From positions 36,770-100,769 of IMG/VR virus record IMGVR_UViG_3300048672_000527: a DNA stretch of 64,000 bases. The stretch is one strand, 5' to 3'. Within the stretch, counting starts at the first letter, position 1. Every line of letters begins with the position of its first letter. This DNA is from a virus (lineage: Duplodnaviria; Heunggongvirae; Uroviricota; Caudoviricetes). Made by a program: the position numbers and the translations under genes. The notes below the pieces were generated by a model. It searched no databases. It had not been told where the DNA came from and saw only the letters and a list, made by a program, of their open reading frames with translations. This document shows, piece by piece, positions 37,566 through 48,019 of this stretch.

Positions 37566-40144
37566 TGTCAGTCAACGATATTATAATGTCCGCTGCTGGC
37601 GGGTCGAGTGCAACACCATACGTTGATGATGTATTTGGTACGTATATATGGACTGCACCAAATATTAATAAAGTTCCGTCTCCGAGTGATTTAACAGATA
37701 AGATCGTTAGCTATACAATCTTACCCGATGTTAATACAACCACACCAATCGCGCATCCTCGCCCCGGTTATGCTGGCCCAATAGACATTATTCTTGCGGG
37801 CAGAAGTTCTGCAGTTAACGCTTATTGGTCACCAGATGCTCAAGGTGGAACCGACGGCTCAGGACAGGTTGCTCGTTGGACGTATACATGTTTAGGCGAC
37901 GAAACTAGCTTTAGTATCACACAAACAAACAAAGATTCTAATGCTGGGATGATGGCATTGAATATTATTGGTGGTGTGAATAATGGTAAAACTTTGTGTG
38001 TTGGTTCTGCACGAGAAGGAAATAGTTATGGTGCTTCGGCAGCTGCAAATGATTTTGTTTCTTCTTCTACACTAACTACTGCCCCGCTGCAATTCAGCGG
38101 GGCTTGTAGACCATATAATGCAACAATTTCTTATTCTGATGCTACATCATATGACCCGGCGGCCCCGGCTTCTTATGGTAATGCCGCAGTCGATTTTGTA
38201 GTAGACTCGAATTTAACAATTAGATTAAACGGTTCTACAAGCCCTGGTGGTATATGGTTTAATAAAAATAATACTGATAGTTCTTTTGGTATTGCGGTCA
38301 AGACTGCACCACCTGGTAATAACTCAGCAATAAAACTGGGTGCAGCAGTATTAATTTTCCCTGCTAAGACAACAGGTAATAAATCTTTAGTTTGGGCAAA
38401 GTGCCGTAATAACTCAGTCAATAACCAACTCTTTACATCAGTAAAAAATGGGGTTTTAGTATCTGATGGTACAGCAGCGATTGCAAACTCACCTTATTTT
38501 ATTGATGCTAACGGATTAACACTTTTTAACGGAAATGCCCAAACCAATAATATGGTGGCATGGAGTTGGAAGGCAGCTCCAAACTTTCTTGATATTGTTA
38601 CATATACCGGTAACGCGATAGCAGGTAGAGCGATATCTCACACACTGGGTTCTGTTCCCGGAATGATTATTGTTAAAAGAACTGATGTTGCCGGCGGTTA
38701 TTGGAGTGTATACCACCGTGGAACGGCATCTGGTACAGAAATGTTCCTACAAACAACTAATGCACTTAGTTCATCTGCATATTTTGGTAACGGTTCGATC
38801 GGTATTGCTCCCACTTCTACTACTTTTACTATAGCAGGTAACACAGATATAAATGCATCCGGCGGATCGTATATTGCATATCTTTTCGCACATGACACTT
38901 CTGGTAATGGTATTATTCAATGTGGCACGTTTTCTGGTGCTTCCGGAACAGTAGTTAATCTTGGGTGGGAACCACAGTGGGTTCTCTGGAAAAATTCCAC
39001 AAACATTAATAGCTGGGGTATTGCAGATATTACACGCGGTATGGCAAAAACACCACAGGCAACTGCATATCTATTGGCAAATGCAGCAAGTCAAGAAGCA
39101 GCTGCATCTGGTAATATCATCGATATTAACGCTACAGGTTTTATTGCCAATCTTGGTGCTCCTGGTGACACATATATTTATATGGCAGTGCGCAGATCAA
39201 ATAAGCCACCAACAAGTGGTACACAGGTTTACAATGCAATAGCTAGAACAGGTAATGGTATAGCTACATCCATTACCGGTGTTGGATTTGCACCAGATCT
39301 AAGTTTATCCAAATCTAGAAATAATGCATCAGGTGAAACATGGTATGATAAATTAAGAGGTAAAAATTACATAATGTGGTCCTATGTAACATCAGCAGAA
39401 AATACATCTACATCTGATGGTTTAACTTCTTTTGATATGGATGGTGTTTCTGTTGGAGCTGATGCTAGTGGAGCATGGATTAATACAAATACATGGACTT
39501 TTATAAATCATTATTTCAAACGCTCACAAAATGTTTTTGATATATTGTGCTGGACCCAGACTGTTCCCGGGGCACCATTTCAATGTCAGACTATTAATCA
39601 TAGTTTAGGTGTTACTCCAGAGTTAGTTATACATAAATCACGCTCAGGGGCTGGTGACAATTGGTATGTCACAGGTAGTATATTAGGTACAGGAAATAGA
39701 TTACTTCTGAACGGGACATATGCAATTGCAGCGAATGGTGCATCCGGTAATGCTGCATATACATCAACCACAGTGACACTACCATGTGAGCAAGGGTCCG
39801 GTGCAACATACGTGGCATATCTATTTGCATCTAAAGCAGGTATATCAAAGATCGGTAGCTATACTGGGAATGGTACAACACAAACTATCAATTGTGGGTT
39901 TACCACTGGAGCACGATTTATTATGATTAAGCTTACGGATAGTACAGGTGATTGGTATGTCTGGGACACAGTAAGAGGTATTATTGCAGCAAATGATCCT
40001 CATATTTCCTTAAATACTTCAGTTGCAGAAATAACTACAGATGATTCTATTGACCCCGATACTTCTGGTTTTATAGTTAATCAATTGTCGGCTACGAATA
40101 TTAACGTATCAGCTGGTACATACATTTACTTGGCGTTTGCATAA
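37565..40144 (+). CDS. Tail fibre / receptor-binding protein with repeated beta modules
   Basis: Repeated FLDIVTYTGN..I.H.LG..PG.II.K, YIAYLFAH, GIIQCG.F.G, GW.PQW...K, KIGSYTGNG..I.CGF modules. Confidence 0.75.
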   Translation: MSVNDIIMSAAGGSSATPYVDDVFGTYIWTAPNINKVPSPSDLTDKIVSYTILPDVNTTTPIAHPRPGYAGPIDIILAGRSSAVNAYWSPDAQGGTDGSGQVARWTYTCLGDETSFSITQTNKDSNAGMMALNIIGGVNNGKTLCVGSAREGNSYGASAAANDFVSSSTLTTAPLQFSGACRPYNATISYSDATSYDPAAPASYGNAAVDFVVDSNLTIRLNGSTSPGGIWFNKNNTDSSFGIAVKTAPPGNNSAIKLGAAVLIFPAKTTGNKSLVWAKCRNNSVNNQLFTSVKNGVLVSDGTAAIANSPYFIDANGLTLFNGNAQTNNMVAWSWKAAPNFLDIVTYTGNAIAGRAISHTLGSVPGMIIVKRTDVAGGYWSVYHRGTASGTEMFLQTTNALSSSAYFGNGSIGIAPTSTTFTIAGNTDINASGGSYIAYLFAHDTSGNGIIQCGTFSGASGTVVNLGWEPQWVLWKNSTNINSWGIADITRGMAKTPQATAYLLANAASQEAAASGNIIDINATGFIANLGAPGDTYIYMAVRRSNKPPTSGTQVYNAIARTGNGIATSITGVGFAPDLSLSKSRNNASGETWYDKLRGKNYIMWSYVTSAENTSTSDGLTSFDMDGVSVGADASGAWINTNTWTFINHYFKRSQNVFDILCWTQTVPGAPFQCQTINHSLGVTPELVIHKSRSGAGDNWYVTGSILGTGNRLLLNGTYAIAANGASGNAAYTSTTVTLPCEQGSGATYVAYLFASKAGISKIGSYTGNGTTQTINCGFTTGARFIMIKLTDSTGDWYVWDTVRGIIAANDPHISLNTSVAEITTDDSIDPDTSGFIVNQLSATNINVSAGTYIYLAFA

Positions 40145-40682
40145 CATGTACATTAATACAGAAACTTACGAATATCCAATCACAGAACAACAGATACGCG
40201 AGCTGATGCCTAATGTATCATTCCCGGAAGGTTTACCACCATATCCGTACGCATGGGTTTATCCTGCGCCAAAACCAACAATCAATCCATTAACAGAGCG
40301 TATTGTGGAAGGCACCCCGATTAAAACCGGTAAAGGTTGGTTTGAGGAAACTTGGAATATCGAGCAACTAGACAACGATAGTATTACTGCAAACTATGTA
40401 CAAGCAGCACAGAGATTGCAGAGAGAAATAGAATTGGCCATGGACACGCACTTTGATGCCAAGGCAGCAGAACGTCGTTATACAAATCGTTGGACATGCG
40501 CAACGAGAGCTGGTTATCCGGGGCCATTTCAAGCCGAGTGTTTGGCGTTTGCTACGTGGATGGACACATGTAATGAATTAGCATATACAACACTTAAAGA
40601 CATTCAAAACGGAGTTCGACCTATGTTTGAATCCGTAGAAGAAGCATTAGCAATATTACCGAGTTTCACATGGCCAGAATAA
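40137..40682 (+). CDS. Tail-fibre-associated/assembly protein (DUF4376-like)
   Basis: PNVSFP N-domain; D..A.ERRY..CA..GP.FQAE..A...WMD..WP C-domain. Confidence 0.65.
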   Translation: MHNMYINTETYEYPITEQQIRELMPNVSFPEGLPPYPYAWVYPAPKPTINPLTERIVEGTPIKTGKGWFEETWNIEQLDNDSITANYVQAAQRLQREIELAMDTHFDAKAAERRYTNRWTCATRAGYPGPFQAECLAFATWMDTCNELAYTTLKDIQNGVRPMFESVEEALAILPSFTWPE

Positions 40683-40933
40683 ATATTAAGGGACGTCTAT
40701 TCACATTACTATATGGTTTAGACTGTTTTCTATTTGTCATCTGTACGCTTGGCGCCGCCCATATTGGCGAGAGTTTTAGTAGCGCAGCATGGCGTGCAGA
40801 ACTAAATGGTATGTTTTACGGTAAGGTCAGACCGTTAATTGATTCTCTATTTTTTGTGTGTTTTGGTATTATCGACCACTGTCAACACGCATATGAAACT
40901 GCAAAATATGACCTACCAGCAGATATGCGTTAA
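40670..40933 (+). CDS. Small hypothetical protein
   Basis: E.FSS.AWR..ID..F....HC..A motif seen in small phage fibre-region genes. Confidence 0.6.
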   Translation: MARINIKGRLFTLLYGLDCFLFVICTLGAAHIGESFSSAAWRAELNGMFYGKVRPLIDSLFFVCFGIIDHCQHAYETAKYDLPADMR

Positions 40934-40948
40934 TTAGGAGATTAGACT

Positions 40949-41992
40949 GTGCTATTAAGCGCATCGCCATTATCCGCTGCGCCGTTAAGTTCACAGTCGA
41001 CACAAACAACCGACGTTTATATTGGGCTTTCTGGCACAATAATAACTTCTGATGTTGGTGTTATTGGAATCAAGGACCCAGTTTTAAGAATATCTGGTAT
41101 TTCTTTATCTGGTGGAGTCGGTCTTGTAATCCCTAATCCACTGACCAGTTCATCAATAATTGGTTCGGTCGGTATAATTGGTACTATATCTGCAGTTACA
41201 CTCGGCATCACCGGGAATGCTGCTGCATCGGTTGTTGGTAGTATAGCCAAAGAATTGTGGCTTGGTCTAACTGCCCCAACAATTACAGGATCGCGCGGAA
41301 CAATAGGCACAACTGCTGCAGTTACATTCGGTATTACTGGTTTTGATTTAGCTCTTTCTCGTGGTGTTATTGGCACCGCGGGCGGCAATTATTCAATACC
41401 GTTGACTGGAAATTCATCTGTTGCTAGGGCTAATCTTGCAGCATTTTTGCAGATTCAATATAGCGAGAATGTCACAGTGGACAATACGGTTTACTACGAA
41501 CCACTGCTACCAAAGAAGGGCAATAGAATAGATTTTGGCGATTATTACTTTAACATTGATCCGTTGGTTGGAACATCAATTGACACGGTAAAGGAAACAG
41601 ATAAAGATAAATACTATGTGGTTTATCTGAATAACACACTGACAAGTATCGCAAATATAACGACAAATACAAGTCTACCTTTGAAAATAAGTTTTTCGGG
41701 TAATAAGTTTACAATAACGTATAATCCTTACCAATATTATCAGTTCTATCTGAAATATAAACAGCTTGGTGTAGATAAGACTATCATAAATTCGTATGAC
41801 GTGCCAGCCGCCGGAGATTTGTATAAATACAATAAAACCGATGATCGGATGTTCATTGTTTTAACCCTGACCGGTGTTGAATATGACGAATATGGTGTCG
41901 CTGGACCTTTATACAAGAAAATGTCTATTAATATAGAACCAGATTACACAGCGGGCCGTGATGCGGTCATAAACATTACAAAGAGAAAATAG
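40949..41992 (+). CDS. Virion structural protein with ~20-aa Gly/Ile/Thr repeats
   Basis: GTG start with AGGAG RBS; N-half repeats (V.LGITG....S.G.IG), distinct Tyr-rich C-half. Confidence 0.65.
   Translation: MLLSASPLSAAPLSSQSTQTTDVYIGLSGTIITSDVGVIGIKDPVLRISGISLSGGVGLVIPNPLTSSSIIGSVGIIGTISAVTLGITGNAAASVVGSIAKELWLGLTAPTITGSRGTIGTTAAVTFGITGFDLALSRGVIGTAGGNYSIPLTGNSSVARANLAAFLQIQYSENVTVDNTVYYEPLLPKKGNRIDFGDYYFNIDPLVGTSIDTVKETDKDKYYVVYLNNTLTSIANITTNTSLPLKISFSGNKFTITYNPYQYYQFYLKYKQLGVDKTIINSYDVPAAGDLYKYNKTDDRMFIVLTLTGVEYDEYGVAGPLYKKMSINIEPDYTAGRDAVINITKRK
41822..41829 (+). promoter_or_regulatory. Candidate late promoter for the neck genes
   Basis: Exact TATAAATA about 165 nt upstream of gp13. 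Confidence 0.4.
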
Positions 41993-41993
41993 A

Positions 41994-42737
41994 ATGGCCA
42001 CACTTTCTTCAAGAGCTGATTTATTGGATTACTGCCTACGTAAACTAGGTAGTCCGCTGAACGAGATCAATGTAACTCCCGAACAACTGGATGATATAGT
42101 TGATACTTCTCTTTCATTCTTCAGAGATTATTACTGGGATGGAATTGAACGTATGTATTTGAAGCACAAGATTACTATTGATGATGTGGCTAACAAATAC
42201 ATCACATTACCTGATAATGTATTTGGCGTCACACGTGTATTCCCGACCACTGGTATTTCTAGTGGTGATAGTAATATCTTTGATTTGCAATATCAATTAC
42301 GCATGAATGATCTACGTGATTTAACATCGACATCGATGATTTATTACAAACAAGTCATGATGCATATTGATCTGATTGACCAGCTACTGAATACGGAAAA
42401 GCAATTCCGTTGGAACTGTTTAACAAGCAAGTTGTACATTGACGAAAACTGGCTCTATAAAGAAGTAGTTGACCAATATATCCTGATAGATTGTTATACT
42501 GCTCTTAATCCAGATGATGCACCACGTTACTGGAATGACCGTTGGCTGAAACTTTATGTGACAGCTGCAATTAAGAAACAATGGGGACAGAACATTAAGA
42601 AGTATAGTGGTATTACATTACCTGGCGGTATCAGTCTTAATGGACAAGACATTTATGACGAAGGGAAGTCTGAACTCGAGGAAATCGAGAAAGAAATTAC
42701 GAATGATCAAGCCCCTCTTAGTATGATGGTGGGTTAA
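41994..42737 (+). CDS. gp13: Neck protein
   Basis: YCLRKLGSP..EINV..EQLDD, FDLQYQLRMND, KKQWGQN..KY.G..LPGG...NG. Confidence 0.95.
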   Translation: MATLSSRADLLDYCLRKLGSPLNEINVTPEQLDDIVDTSLSFFRDYYWDGIERMYLKHKITIDDVANKYITLPDNVFGVTRVFPTTGISSGDSNIFDLQYQLRMNDLRDLTSTSMIYYKQVMMHIDLIDQLLNTEKQFRWNCLTSKLYIDENWLYKEVVDQYILIDCYTALNPDDAPRYWNDRWLKLYVTAAIKKQWGQNIKKYSGITLPGGISLNGQDIYDEGKSELEEIEKEITNDQAPLSMMVG

Positions 42738-43384
42738 TGACACTACGTTTACACCCAGCAACATACACAAACGAGAACCTGGTAATTGAGTCTTTAATTA
42801 CCGAGGCAATTCGGATTTATTCTGTGGATATGTTTTATATCCCGAGAAAACTTGTCGCCAAAAATGATATTCTTGGTGAAGATCGTTTAAGTCAATTCAA
42901 GACTGCATACCCATGCCCAATGTATATGGAAAATGCTGATCATGGGTTTGAGGGTCAGGGTGCATTTGCGTCAAAGTTTGGTCTTCAAATGGAACGCAGT
43001 GCAACACTAACAGTTGCACGTAGAGAGTGGAATAAGTTAGTCGGCAAATACGGCGAGACTATTCTTCCAAACCGCCCAGTTGAAGGTGATTTGATTTACT
43101 TCCCGATGACGGGTGGTTTATTCGAAATTAACTTTGTTCAACATGCATCACCATTCTATCAAGTTGGTCAACTATATGTATATCAATTGACAGTGGACTT
43201 GTTCCGTTATGCGAGCGAGAAAATTGATACAGGCGTTCCAGATATTGATATTTTTGAGACTCTTAAGAGTACAGATGCAACTATTAATCCTGTAGTTGAT
43301 GTTGTTCATGGTGATAATAGTAAGTTTGCTGCAAAGGCGACTACAGACATATTTGATGCCAATAATCCGTTTGGAGATATCTAA
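42737..43384 (+). CDS. gp14: Neck protein
   Basis: YIPRK, GFEGQG.F.SKFGL, RP.EGDLIYFP, FEI.FV.H..PFYQ.G..Y.Y. Confidence 0.95.
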   Translation: MTLRLHPATYTNENLVIESLITEAIRIYSVDMFYIPRKLVAKNDILGEDRLSQFKTAYPCPMYMENADHGFEGQGAFASKFGLQMERSATLTVARREWNKLVGKYGETILPNRPVEGDLIYFPMTGGLFEINFVQHASPFYQVGQLYVYQLTVDLFRYASEKIDTGVPDIDIFETLKSTDATINPVVDVVHGDNSKFAAKATTDIFDANNPFGDI

Positions 43385-44109
43385 TGTTTAATACTCCATA
43401 CTACCATGGGACTATTAAGAAACTGATCGGTTCTTTTGGGGCATTGTTTAGTCACGTTCAGATTCCTCGCTATGATAATTCTGGGGTGTTGGCACAGACA
43501 GTACAAGTTCCTATCGAATATGGCCCAAAGGAAAAACACTTTGTCCGCCAAGAGCAAGACCCAGAACTAGATAAATCTGTTTTTGTAACACTACCGCGAC
43601 TTGGATTTGAAATTTCTGGTTATTCATATGACCCGACTAGAATGGTTAATAGAATGAACAGAATTCAGTGTTTTGATGCTCAAGGTAAGCTGACACAGAC
43701 ATTTGCGCCAGTTCCATATAATCTCGACATTAATCTCTATGCCTTAACAAAGGGTACTGAGGACGGTCTGACTATAGTTGAACAAATTCTACCTATCTTT
43801 AGTCCCGAATACAATGTGAATCTTAAGATTCTACCAGAATTGAATGTCACACAAAACGTACCTATTATTCTAAATGGAGTTTCGGTTCAAGATGACTATG
43901 AAGGTGATTTTGGGACTCGCCGTTTTGTGACGCATACATTTAATTTCACTGCTAAACTAAATCTATACGGACCAGTTACATCTGGTGGAATTATCACACA
44001 AACCGGAATTGATGTGGATACAAATAATCCATCTACTACACCATTAACCAAGCGAGTCGATATCGGTGACCCATCAACGGGTAATATCACCGGAAACTGG
44101 ATACCATGA
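43384..44109 (+). CDS. gp15: Tail sheath stabiliser / tail terminator
   Basis: YYHGTIKK..FG.LF, VPIEYGPKEK, LPRLGFEI, PVPYN, QIVEQILP.F.P. Confidence 0.95.
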   Translation: MFNTPYYHGTIKKLIGSFGALFSHVQIPRYDNSGVLAQTVQVPIEYGPKEKHFVRQEQDPELDKSVFVTLPRLGFEISGYSYDPTRMVNRMNRIQCFDAQGKLTQTFAPVPYNLDINLYALTKGTEDGLTIVEQILPIFSPEYNVNLKILPELNVTQNVPIILNGVSVQDDYEGDFGTRRFVTHTFNFTAKLNLYGPVTSGGIITQTGIDVDTNNPSTTPLTKRVDIGDPSTGNITGNWIP

Positions 44110-45719
44110 GTCTATTTTATAACGGAAATAATAACCTTAAGGCAGTAGGGGTTAAAATCCCTATGACAATGACAGAGATTGAGGAGTATGAAAAATGTGT
44201 TCTCGATCCAAAATACTTTATCAAGAACTTTTGCAAAATCGTTACACTTGATGATGGACTACAGCCGTTTAGATTGTATCCGTATCAAGAGCGATTCATT
44301 GATACACTGCATAACCAACGTTGGGTTATTTCTATGCAACCGCGCCAGATGGGTAAATCTCAGGTCGTTGCAGCATATATCCTGTGGTATTGTTTGTTCA
44401 ATAATAACACCGAGAGTGCCATCCTAGCAAATAAAGCTGCTGCGGCAAGAGAAATCATGAGCCGTTTCCAGTTAATGTTTGAGTACCTTCCAAAATTCTT
44501 ACAGCAAGGCGTGAAGACTTGGAACAAAGGAGATATTGAACTAGAGAACGGCTCGAAAGTATTTACTGCGGCAACTACTGGTGCTGGTCTTCGTGGTAAG
44601 TCTCTGAACTTTGTCTACATGGACGAAGTTGCAATTGTTCCAAATAATGTGTTCGAGGACTTCTTCGTATCTACATACCCAACACTTTCATCTGGTAAAA
44701 AGACTAAGATTGTTATGACTTCAACTCCGTTGGGTTATAACCACTTCTGGAAATTCTGGAGTGAAGCCGAGAATGGCGTTAATGGCTTCACCACTGTAAA
44801 GGTTGATTACTGGGAGCACCCAAAACGCGATAAGGCATGGGCTGATGAACAACTTCGTATTCTTGGTGAGCTTAAGTACACCCAAGAGGTACTGTGCTCA
44901 TTCCTTGGTTCTAGTAATACTCTGATCCGTGCGGATGTTGTATCTCGTCTACCAATAGCAAATCCAATTTACTCTAAGGATAATCTCGATATTTATGAAG
45001 GTCCTATAAAGAAAGACCCAAATAAAAAGAATCAACCACACACATATGTTATGTGTATTGATACCGCTAAGGGAACTGGCGGGGATTATAGTGCAATTAG
45101 CGTTATTGATGTTACTTCTACCCCATATAAAATGGTGGCCAAGTTTAGAGATAATAAGATTGCGCCGCTAATGTTCCCAAGTGTTATATATAAACTAGCG
45201 CGTGATTATAATGATGCATGGTGTTTGTTTGAAACGAACGCCAGCGAGCAGGTTCCTCACATCATGTATAATGAATTGGAATACGAGAATATTCTTTTTG
45301 TTACCCGCGGAAAATCCGGACAAGAAATCGGTGGTGGTTATTCTGGGCGCACATATCAGATGGGTCTGAATATGGACAAAAAGGTCAAGAGAATTGGGTG
45401 CGCCAATATTAAATCACTAGTCGAAGAGGGGCACATTTATGTTCCCGATAGAGACACGATTTCCGAAATGTCAACTTTCGTACAAGTCAAGGATAGTTTT
45501 GCTGCCGACGAGGGATACCATGATGATATGATGATGTCACTTGTTATTTTTGGTTGGCTATCTGGACAGTCATTCTTTAAGGATCTTTGTAATATTGACA
45601 CAAGAACAGTCATTTATCAGTCGAGAATTGATGCAATTGATGCGGAAACCCTACCAATCGGTTTCTTTGACAATGGGCTGGTGAATGAGTCTCGTGAACG
45701 AGAAATGTTAAATTTCTAA
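44106..45719 (+). CDS. gp17: Terminase large subunit
   Basis: Walker A PRQMGKS, Walker B YMDEVA, STPLGYNHF, IDTAKGTGGDYS, GYHDDMMM; uninterrupted. Confidence 0.97.
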   Translation: MSLFYNGNNNLKAVGVKIPMTMTEIEEYEKCVLDPKYFIKNFCKIVTLDDGLQPFRLYPYQERFIDTLHNQRWVISMQPRQMGKSQVVAAYILWYCLFNNNTESAILANKAAAAREIMSRFQLMFEYLPKFLQQGVKTWNKGDIELENGSKVFTAATTGAGLRGKSLNFVYMDEVAIVPNNVFEDFFVSTYPTLSSGKKTKIVMTSTPLGYNHFWKFWSEAENGVNGFTTVKVDYWEHPKRDKAWADEQLRILGELKYTQEVLCSFLGSSNTLIRADVVSRLPIANPIYSKDNLDIYEGPIKKDPNKKNQPHTYVMCIDTAKGTGGDYSAISVIDVTSTPYKMVAKFRDNKIAPLMFPSVIYKLARDYNDAWCLFETNASEQVPHIMYNELEYENILFVTRGKSGQEIGGGYSGRTYQMGLNMDKKVKRIGCANIKSLVEEGHIYVPDRDTISEMSTFVQVKDSFAADEGYHDDMMMSLVIFGWLSGQSFFKDLCNIDTRTVIYQSRIDAIDAETLPIGFFDNGLVNESREREMLNF

Positions 45720-45771
45720 AAGAATAAATAATCAAGTGACACCAAATAACTTTCATAATAAGGAATAACCA

Positions 45772-47940
45772 ATGGCTATCGCATTATCTCCAAGCGTTAC
45801 AGTTCGTGAAGTCGACCTAACAAACGTAATCCCAGCAGTATCGACCTCAGTAGGCGCAGCAGTTATTGATGCAGCCTGGGGCCCAGTTGGCGAAGTAACT
45901 ACAATTGACTCCGAAAATACGCTAGTTCAGCGTTTCGGTAAACCAAACTCATCTAATGCTATGGGTTGGATCAATGCTGCAAACTTCCTGGCATACTCTA
46001 ACAATCTTCTAGTTGTTCGCACAGACACAACAAATCAACGTAATGCTGTATCTTCTGTTACTGGCACAATTACAAATATTCCTGTCACATCTGGTGGTGT
46101 TGGTTATTCCGGTACAGTTACAGTTAATATCCCTGCTCCAGTTACTGCTGGTGGTGTTCAAGCGACTGCTACAGCGACTGTTTCTGGCGGTGTTATTACT
46201 GGTATCGTAATAACAAATCCTGGTACAGGATATGATTCCGTTCCAACCGTAACTGTTTCTGGTACAAATACAACCCCTGCTGTTATTGGTACTGTTACAA
46301 CTGCTGCCGGTGGTATCAAGATTAACAATAGCTCGGTATATGCAACATCGTACGCAAACGGTGAAGGTATTGTTGGCGCATGGGCTGCAAAGTACCCAGG
46401 TACTCTTGGTAATTCTATTACAGTTTCCATGGCAGACAGCGAGTCGTTTGCATCATGGGCGTACAAGGATCAATTTGATTCTGCACCAAATACTTCTACT
46501 TTTGCATCTAGTTTTGGTGCAACAGACGATGAACTTCACGTCATCGTCATTGACAAGGATGGTCGTTGGACAGGTACGGCTGGTACAGTTCTTGAAAAGT
46601 ATCCATTCTGCTCTAAGGCTTCTAATGCCAAGAAAGAAGATGGTACATCTGCTTACTACAAGAACGTCGTAAACAATAACTCAAAGTACATCTACTGGAT
46701 GGATCACACAACAAACGTTTCCATTATCAGTGGCCGTCTAGTCTTTGGTGTTGAACTGACTTCAGCAGGCGCATTCAACGTTTTGACAGCAACAGCAACT
46801 GGTACAGTAACATGTACAACTAGTGCTGCTACTCTGGCTGGTGTTGGTACAGCTTTCGACTCAACCATGGTTGGTAAGAAGGTTTACAATGCTTCTGGTG
46901 CTTTCGTCGGTACTATTTTGTCTGTCACATCTGCTACTTCGGCTACTCTGACCGCAAATGCTCTTGTTGCTATTACAGCAGCTGCATTCCGTATGTCTGG
47001 TGCTGATACAAGCAGCTTCGTTGGTGGTGTTGATCACTATACATCGACAAATGCACAAAAGATGACAGCATTTGATTTGTTCAACAACGATGAACAGTTC
47101 GATGTTAATCTAATTGCTGTTGGACCTGCCGATGCTACACTGGCAAACTATGTTATCCAGAATATTGCAGAAGTTCGTAAGGATTGTATCGCATTTGTGT
47201 CACCACAAGATACAAGCACTGGCGCACCACTGATTGGTTCTACAAGTTCTATTACAGATAGTATCATCGCTTACCGTAATCTGATCACTTCTAGTTCTTA
47301 TGGTGTTATCGACTCTGGTTACAAGTATCAGTACGACAAATACAATGATCAGTACCGTTGGGTTCCTCTGAACGGTGACGTTGCTGGTTTGTGCGCGCGC
47401 ACCGACCTGACGGATGATCCATGGTACAGCCCTGCTGGTTTCAACCGTGGTCAGATTAAGAATGTTGTTAAGTTGGCATTCTCTCCTAAGCGTACCGATC
47501 GTGATAACCTGTACAAGAATGGTGTTAACCCAGTTGTATCGTTCCCAGGTCAAGGTACAGTTCTGTACGGTGACAAGACAGCTCTGAGCAAGCCAAGTGC
47601 ATTTGATCGTATCAATGTTCGTCGTCTGTTCATTGTTCTGGAAAAGGCTATTGCAACTGCAAGTAAGTACCAGTTGTTCGAATTCAACGACGGTTTCACA
47701 CGTGCTCAATTCGTTGGTATGGTTTCTCCATTCCTACGTGATGTCCGTGGTCGCCGTGGTCTGACAGACTTCTTGGTTGTTTGTGACGAAACCAACAATA
47801 CTGGTGAAGTTATTGATACTAACCGCTTCGTTGCTGATATCTATATCAAGCCAAACCGTGTTATCAACTTCATGCAGTTGAATTTCGTAGCAACTCGCTC
47901 TGGTGTTTCGTTTACCGAAATCGCTGGCGCTGCGGGTTAA
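45772..47940 (+). CDS. gp18: Tail sheath protein with two inserted domains
   Basis: SPSVTVREVDLT, WGPV, AKYPG.LGN, RKDC..F.SP, WYSPAGFNRG, FDRINVRRLF. Confidence 0.97.
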   Translation: MAIALSPSVTVREVDLTNVIPAVSTSVGAAVIDAAWGPVGEVTTIDSENTLVQRFGKPNSSNAMGWINAANFLAYSNNLLVVRTDTTNQRNAVSSVTGTITNIPVTSGGVGYSGTVTVNIPAPVTAGGVQATATATVSGGVITGIVITNPGTGYDSVPTVTVSGTNTTPAVIGTVTTAAGGIKINNSSVYATSYANGEGIVGAWAAKYPGTLGNSITVSMADSESFASWAYKDQFDSAPNTSTFASSFGATDDELHVIVIDKDGRWTGTAGTVLEKYPFCSKASNAKKEDGTSAYYKNVVNNNSKYIYWMDHTTNVSIISGRLVFGVELTSAGAFNVLTATATGTVTCTTSAATLAGVGTAFDSTMVGKKVYNASGAFVGTILSVTSATSATLTANALVAITAAAFRMSGADTSSFVGGVDHYTSTNAQKMTAFDLFNNDEQFDVNLIAVGPADATLANYVIQNIAEVRKDCIAFVSPQDTSTGAPLIGSTSSITDSIIAYRNLITSSSYGVIDSGYKYQYDKYNDQYRWVPLNGDVAGLCARTDLTDDPWYSPAGFNRGQIKNVVKLAFSPKRTDRDNLYKNGVNPVVSFPGQGTVLYGDKTALSKPSAFDRINVRRLFIVLEKAIATASKYQLFEFNDGFTRAQFVGMVSPFLRDVRGRRGLTDFLVVCDETNNTGEVIDTNRFVADIYIKPNRVINFMQLNFVATRSGVSFTEIAGAAG

Positions 47941-47944
47941 TAAA

Positions 47945-47964
47945 TTGGGGGCTTCGGTCCCCCG
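47945..47964 (+). terminator. C(UUCG)G hairpin after gp18
   Basis: TTGGGGGC-TTCG-GTCCCCGA; T4-typical tetraloop but no U-tract on the + strand, so it may be a stabilising or leaky element. Confidence 0.55.
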
Positions 47965-48011
47965 ACTAAAATGACAAGTAGTTCGATCAAAAGACACTTT
48001 GAATTTCATCA

Positions 48012-48019
48012 TATAAATA
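48012..48019 (+). promoter_or_regulatory. Late promoter for gp19
   Basis: Exact TATAAATA in the gp18-gp19 intergenic region. Confidence 0.75.

Noticed and set aside
47200-47709. 169-aa minus-strand ORF and similar ORFs opposite gp32, gp18, gp20, gp23 and gp8
   Set aside because: Antisense or alternate-frame shadows of well-supported genes, expected from the low stop frequency opposite biased codon usage.
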